Virus record (IMG/VR): IMGVR_UViG_3300036852_000461 | Span: 1 to 55,787 of that record | Reading direction: 5' to 3' (one strand) | Length of the DNA stretch: 55,787 bases | DNA from: a virus | Lineage: Duplodnaviria; Caudoviricetes | Shown: one piece after another, positions 51,991 through 55,787 of the stretch | How the letters are laid out: each line of letters opens with the position of its first letter | Position numbering within the stretch: position 1 is the stretch's first letter | Notes under the pieces: model-generated | Told to the model about the DNA's origin: nothing | Seen by the model: only the letters and a program-made list of their open reading frames with translations | The model's database searches: none | Position numbers and translations under genes: made by a program

Positions 51991-53274
51991 GTGTCCACGC
52001 CCATCCTGCATGCTCCGCGCGCCACCGAATCGCAGGCCGCCGTGTGGGCCTCATCCAAGGGCGCACCGAGCTACTGGCTCACGCTCATCCCCACGTTCTG
52101 GCGGGTAGCGCAGAGCGTCGGCGTCGACCCGGCCGTCGCCTTCGCGCAGAGCTGCAAAGAGACGGCCTTCGGTCTGTTCGGCGGTGTCATCGACGCGACC
52201 TACCACAACCCGGCCGGGATCAAGCGAGCCGTCGGCGGTGGCAACTACGACCCGAACGCTCATATGCGCTTCGCGTCGTGGGCCGAGGGGATCGCCGCCT
52301 TCGTCCATCACCTCGCGTTGTACGCCGGCGCGTCCGGCTTCCCGCTCGCCGTCACACCGGACCCGCGCCACTTCGCCTCGCTGCTCGGCACCGCGCCGAG
52401 CGTCGAGGACCTGGGCGGCAAGTGGGCGCCGAACAGTGCCTACGGACACGAGGTCGTCGCGATGGTGCGCGAGATGTCAGGCGAGCAGGAGTCGGCGATG
52501 GTCGGTGATTCCCCGCTGGTGACCTCGTTCCTCCAAGCGCGGTTCTTCGGCGGGGACAACGGCACCGTCACGCGAATCGTCGTTCATGACGAGGAATACG
52601 CCGAAGGTCCGAACAGCGCCGAGCAAATCGCGCAGTACTTCCACACGATGCCGGACGGACGCAAGGCGAGCGCGACCTACGTCGTCGATCGCGACAGCAT
52701 CGTGCAGTGCGTTCGTGAGAGCCGTATCGCCTACCACGCGCCACCGAATGCGGGTTCGATCGGGATCGAGCACGACGGCTACATGCACCAGACCCGGGCC
52801 GAATGGCTCGATGCCGAGAACGGGGTCCTGACGCTCAAGCGCTCGGCCGCGCTGGTCGCCGATATCTGCAAGCGCCACGCCATCCCGGTCGTCCGTCTGT
52901 CGGTCGCCGATCTCAAGGCGGGCAAGCGCGGACTGTGTGGGCACGTCGACGTCAGCAACGCATGGCACCAGACCGACCACGGCGACCCGGGCCCGAACTT
53001 TCCGTGGGATGTGTATCTCGGATGGGTCACGCAGGCCGCGAACGGAGAGGAGCTACCGGTGGACCAGGACAAGTTCAACGCTTTGATGGACGCCTACTAC
53101 ACCGACGCCAAGACCAAGGGCGGGCAGGTCTGGAAGGCGCTGTTCTCCAAGCTCGCCGTCGGGCCGAACGGCGAGAAGCAGGACGTCGAGCTCGACACGA
53201 TCGTCAAGGCCGTCGCCAAGCAACAGGGCATCGACGTGACGGCCGCCGTGAAGGCATACCTAGGGGGTTCGTGA
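51991..53274 (+). CDS. Endolysin: glucosaminidase-like domain plus Amidase_2
   Basis: AQS.KET.FG.FGG..HNP.GIK...F.SW..GI..HL..YAG..DPRH...L.GKWAP..YG; then IVVH, SA.Y.VD, AYHA..N..SIGIE, GH.D, H.DPG..FPW. Confidence 0.9.
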   Translation: MSTPILHAPRATESQAAVWASSKGAPSYWLTLIPTFWRVAQSVGVDPAVAFAQSCKETAFGLFGGVIDATYHNPAGIKRAVGGGNYDPNAHMRFASWAEGIAAFVHHLALYAGASGFPLAVTPDPRHFASLLGTAPSVEDLGGKWAPNSAYGHEVVAMVREMSGEQESAMVGDSPLVTSFLQARFFGGDNGTVTRIVVHDEEYAEGPNSAEQIAQYFHTMPDGRKASATYVVDRDSIVQCVRESRIAYHAPPNAGSIGIEHDGYMHQTRAEWLDAENGVLTLKRSAALVADICKRHAIPVVRLSVADLKAGKRGLCGHVDVSNAWHQTDHGDPGPNFPWDVYLGWVTQAANGEELPVDQDKFNALMDAYYTDAKTKGGQVWKALFSKLAVGPNGEKQDVELDTIVKAVAKQQGIDVTAAVKAYLGGS

Positions 53275-53744
53275 GCGGCCAGCCGGTCAATTTCCGCCTC
53301 TCTTACCTCATCCGCCGGGGTGGGTTCTTCGTCCTGCTCTTCACCGTCTTCCTGACCTTCGGCTGGGCGGTTCTGTTCGCGACGGCGGTGGGAGAGCTGA
53401 ACACCACCCCTACGACCTATCTCATCGCACTCGTCGGGCAACGGCCGTGGGGAGTGGTCGTCCTACTCGTAACGGCTGCGCTCGGAGCGTACGGTCTTCG
53501 CCATCCAGGGATGAGCTTGAAGGGCATCGGCACGATGGTCCCTCAGATCGCGCTGCTCTTCATGAGCGCGTTCTCGGCCCTCTTCTCCGCGTGGGCGGGG
53601 CACTACCCGGACGGGACTATCCCCGCCTCGCCTCACCAGTTCATCGGCGCCGACCACCTGCTCACGGTCCTGTACGCGTTCCTCTACGCGTGCTGCGCAG
53701 CGGTCTACAACGGAGGCGGCGCGTGGTCTATCTCTCGGCGCTGA
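53271..53744 (+). CDS. Four-TM membrane protein (holin candidate)
   Basis: GTGA-coupled to the endolysin; four hydrophobic helices. Confidence 0.7.
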   Translation: MSGQPVNFRLSYLIRRGGFFVLLFTVFLTFGWAVLFATAVGELNTTPTTYLIALVGQRPWGVVVLLVTAALGAYGLRHPGMSLKGIGTMVPQIALLFMSAFSALFSAWAGHYPDGTIPASPHQFIGADHLLTVLYAFLYACCAAVYNGGGAWSISRR

Positions 53745-54199
53745 CACAAGGTTCGATCGATCCCGGTTCGGGTCTGGGCGCGGTCATCGCCGTTACTGCG
53801 GCCATCTCCACCGTTGTGACCGTCGTCGCAGGAGGAATCCTCAATCGACGCAAGGGCAAGGGCGACTTCACCGGTGAGGTCATGAAGGAGATGGAGTACT
53901 ACCGGGCCAAGACGCACGAGCAATCCAGAGCTCTTGCCGAACGAGACACAGAGATCGTCAAGCTCAACGAGCAGAACCGGCAGCTCGGCCAGGAGAACGC
54001 CCGGCTCGTTCGCGAAGAGCACAAGGAAGTCCTCGAACGTCTCGAAGCTCTCATCACCAAGGCCGAGGTGACCCGGGTCGGCACCAGTGGGACGAACACC
54101 AAGCTGGATGAGATTCATGCTCTGGTCAACGACCGGCTGGACAGGGCGCTCAACAAGATCGAAGCCCTCGAGCAAGCGCTCTCGAAGAAGGACGAATGA
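53723..54199 (+). CDS. Single-TM coiled-coil lysis-cassette protein
   Basis: SD GGAGG; N-terminal TM, KLDEIH.LVN coiled coil. Confidence 0.65.
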   Translation: MVYLSALTQGSIDPGSGLGAVIAVTAAISTVVTVVAGGILNRRKGKGDFTGEVMKEMEYYRAKTHEQSRALAERDTEIVKLNEQNRQLGQENARLVREEHKEVLERLEALITKAEVTRVGTSGTNTKLDEIHALVNDRLDRALNKIEALEQALSKKDE

Positions 54200-54537
54200 C
54201 AACCCAGCCCGAGTCGACGACGAGCATCTGGGACCGCGTCGGCGGACGGTCGTTCGTCGCCTTCCTGGCTGCGGTGCTTGCGTGGGCCGTCGCGACGGGT
54301 GGCGTGTTCCTCAAGGCGACGAAGCTGCCCTCGCTCGACACCGGTGCGCTCCTCGCTGCCTCGGGCATCCTGACCGGCGGCGCGTCGGTCTACGCTCTGC
54401 GCAGCGCTGCGAGCGACCTGTCGGCGCGTCCGCAGATCGTCCAGCCGCCGGCGCCGACCACGACCATTGTCCAGGCGAGCCCGTCTGCGGGCAACGGCGA
54501 TCCGGCAGGTGCGGTCGCGGCCGACCCTGACGGCTGA
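54196..54537 (+). CDS. Two-TM membrane protein (holin candidate)
   Basis: ATGA-coupled; two hydrophobic helices. Confidence 0.65.
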   Translation: MTTQPESTTSIWDRVGGRSFVAFLAAVLAWAVATGGVFLKATKLPSLDTGALLAASGILTGGASVYALRSAASDLSARPQIVQPPAPTTTIVQASPSAGNGDPAGAVAADPDG

Positions 54538-54641
54538 GCGCCGTTAGGGGCTCGTCTGAGAGCCGCTGTGGTGGCCCAGGAGGCCGCATAGCTCCCGAGG
54601 GGTGCCGGGACCTATCCATACGACATTAGGAAGTCGTGGCG
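54538..54641. other. Candidate attP region
   Basis: Only non-coding gap adjacent to int; weak inverted repeat ACGAC-N8-GTCGT at 54620-54637. Confidence 0.3.
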
Positions 54642-55787
54642 CTACGTCAGGCGCTCTGTGAGGGACACCCAGTCGTCGCTCGGTCCGACCCCCCGCGGCC
54701 GTCGGCGCACCTCGATCCGGTCGATGTACGCGCCCAGCGCGGTTCGCTTCTCCGGGATCGTGAAGTAAGGCCAGAGGGCATCGACCGAGCGTGGAGGGAT
54801 CGCCGCCTTGAGGACCCGGCCCTCTTCGCTGGCCCGGATCTTCTCCTGCACGATCTCGAGGTGTCCCTCGATCTCATCGACACCCTGCCGGTAGATGTCG
54901 AGGCTGACCTCCGAGTGGACGGCGTAGGCGTCCCGGAGGCGCGTCATCGCAGCCTCAAGCCGTGCTTTCTCTGAACGAAGCGCCTGATTGGGCGAGTCTT
55001 GCTCGTCAGCCGATCGCCGTCTGGCGGCCACGTCTTCGCGGTCGATGTGGTCGAAGAACCACTTCTGCGCGTAGTCGTCCAGCCACGCCCGGCTCATGGT
55101 GGCGCGCTCCTCGCAGGGCAGACCAGAGTCATAGCCTCGTGTGCATCGATACGATCCCCATCGGCCGGGGTCGTTCACCGACATGGGGCCACCACATCCG
55201 GCACACCGCACGATCCCGTAGAGCAGGTGCCCCTCGCTTCTGCTCGGTCGCCGCTGGGCCCTCCGGCGTATCGAGCGCGTGGCCTGCACCGCATCCCACA
55301 TCTGCTGGTCGACGATCGCCGGGATGCCGTCGCCGACGACGCGGCTCTTGTAGGTCACCAGGCCCGCGCGGATTGGTGAGGTCAAGAGGCGCGCCACGCT
55401 CGACGTCCCCCACGCTTGGCCGCGCAGCGGCGGAACGGGCGCGCCGGCGAGCCGCCCGTCATTGAGCTCCCGAGCTATCTGCGCGTCGCCGGCGCCCGTG
55501 AGATAGCGCTCGAAGATGAGCCTGACGACGCGTGCCTCCTCGGCGTGGATCTCGAGCGACTTGGACGCCGGGTCGTAGTTGTATCCGTACATCCGGTGGG
55601 CGCTGACCGGTTGACCGAGCTTGAGCGCGGTGTACTGGTGTGCCAGGGAGACGCGCCTGCTCTTCTCCCGGCTCTCCTGAGCCGCCAGGCTGAACATCAC
55701 CTCCAGGACGAACCGAGGGACCTCTTCGGAGTCGCCCTCCGTCACGGACACGAGCCGCACGCCGAGCTCTTCGAGCCGGTCGAGCAG
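54642..55787 (-). CDS. int: Large serine integrase, C-terminal part (recombinase, Zn-ribbon, coiled coil)
   Basis: LLDRLEELGVRLVSVTE...AQESREKSRR...YGY...IARELN...LLYGIVRCAGCGGPM...YRC. In frame with 1..261 across the junction, about 468 aa in total. Confidence 0.93.
   Translation of the reverse strand: MLDRLEELGVRLVSVTEGDSEEVPRFVLEVMFSLAAQESREKSRRVSLAHQYTALKLGQPVSAHRMYGYNYDPASKSLEIHAEEARVVRLIFERYLTGAGDAQIARELNDGRLAGAPVPPLRGQAWGTSSVARLLTSPIRAGLVTYKSRVVGDGIPAIVDQQMWDAVQATRSIRRRAQRRPSRSEGHLLYGIVRCAGCGGPMSVNDPGRWGSYRCTRGYDSGLPCEERATMSRAWLDDYAQKWFFDHIDREDVAARRRSADEQDSPNQALRSEKARLEAAMTRLRDAYAVHSEVSLDIYRQGVDEIEGHLEIVQEKIRASEEGRVLKAAIPPRSVDALWPYFTIPEKRTALGAYIDRIEVRRRPRGVGPSDDWVSLTERLT

Larger units (their letters stand above)
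1..55787. mobile_element. Complete circularly permuted temperate siphovirus-type phage genome
   Basis: All modules present; the integrase frame is continuous across the window ends. Confidence 0.92.

Noticed and set aside
1-55787. CRISPR array, tRNA/tmRNA, reverse transcriptase or DGR
   Set aside because: No repeat-spacer array, cloverleaf, RT motif or template/variable repeat pair seen by eye; tRNAscan and ARAGORN were not run.

Overview
The window is a complete, circularly permuted temperate siphovirus-type phage genome of about 55.8 kb. High GC, apparently leaderless starts and the gene content suggest an actinobacterial-type host (inference). A large serine integrase is split across the window ends: 261..1 joins 55787..54642 in frame. 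Gene order: integrase/immunity operon (minus strand); cro; an early region with exonuclease, Gp3/RDF-like protein, RlpA, RusA, gp37/gp68, three adenine methyltransferases (one frameshifted), an XF1762-family protein and many small Zn-finger ORFs; replication initiator with iterons; terminases; portal-MuF fusion; intein-containing prohead protease; HK97-type capsid; a four-glycosyltransferase cassette; a 993-aa fibre; head-tail and tail genes with a -1 chaperone frameshift; tape measure; minor tail genes; lysis. There are nine homing-endonuclease-like units (7 HNH, 1 free LAGLIDADG, 1 in the intein). Most striking: (1) a structured 5'-leader RNA motif I do not recognise, present four times, each just downstream of a sigma70-type promoter and upstream of a structural gene. 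It has a covarying stem with an invariant UGCUGA loop, then A(G/A)GCGA, and in three copies the loop is complementary to GGUCAGC overlapping the Shine-Dalgarno. (2) Three antisense homing endonuclease genes, each overlaid by a sense 'shadow' ORF linked at both ends to neighbouring genes, plus mini bridge ORFs that keep translational coupling unbroken. No database search was run; all family calls come from recognised motifs and synteny.
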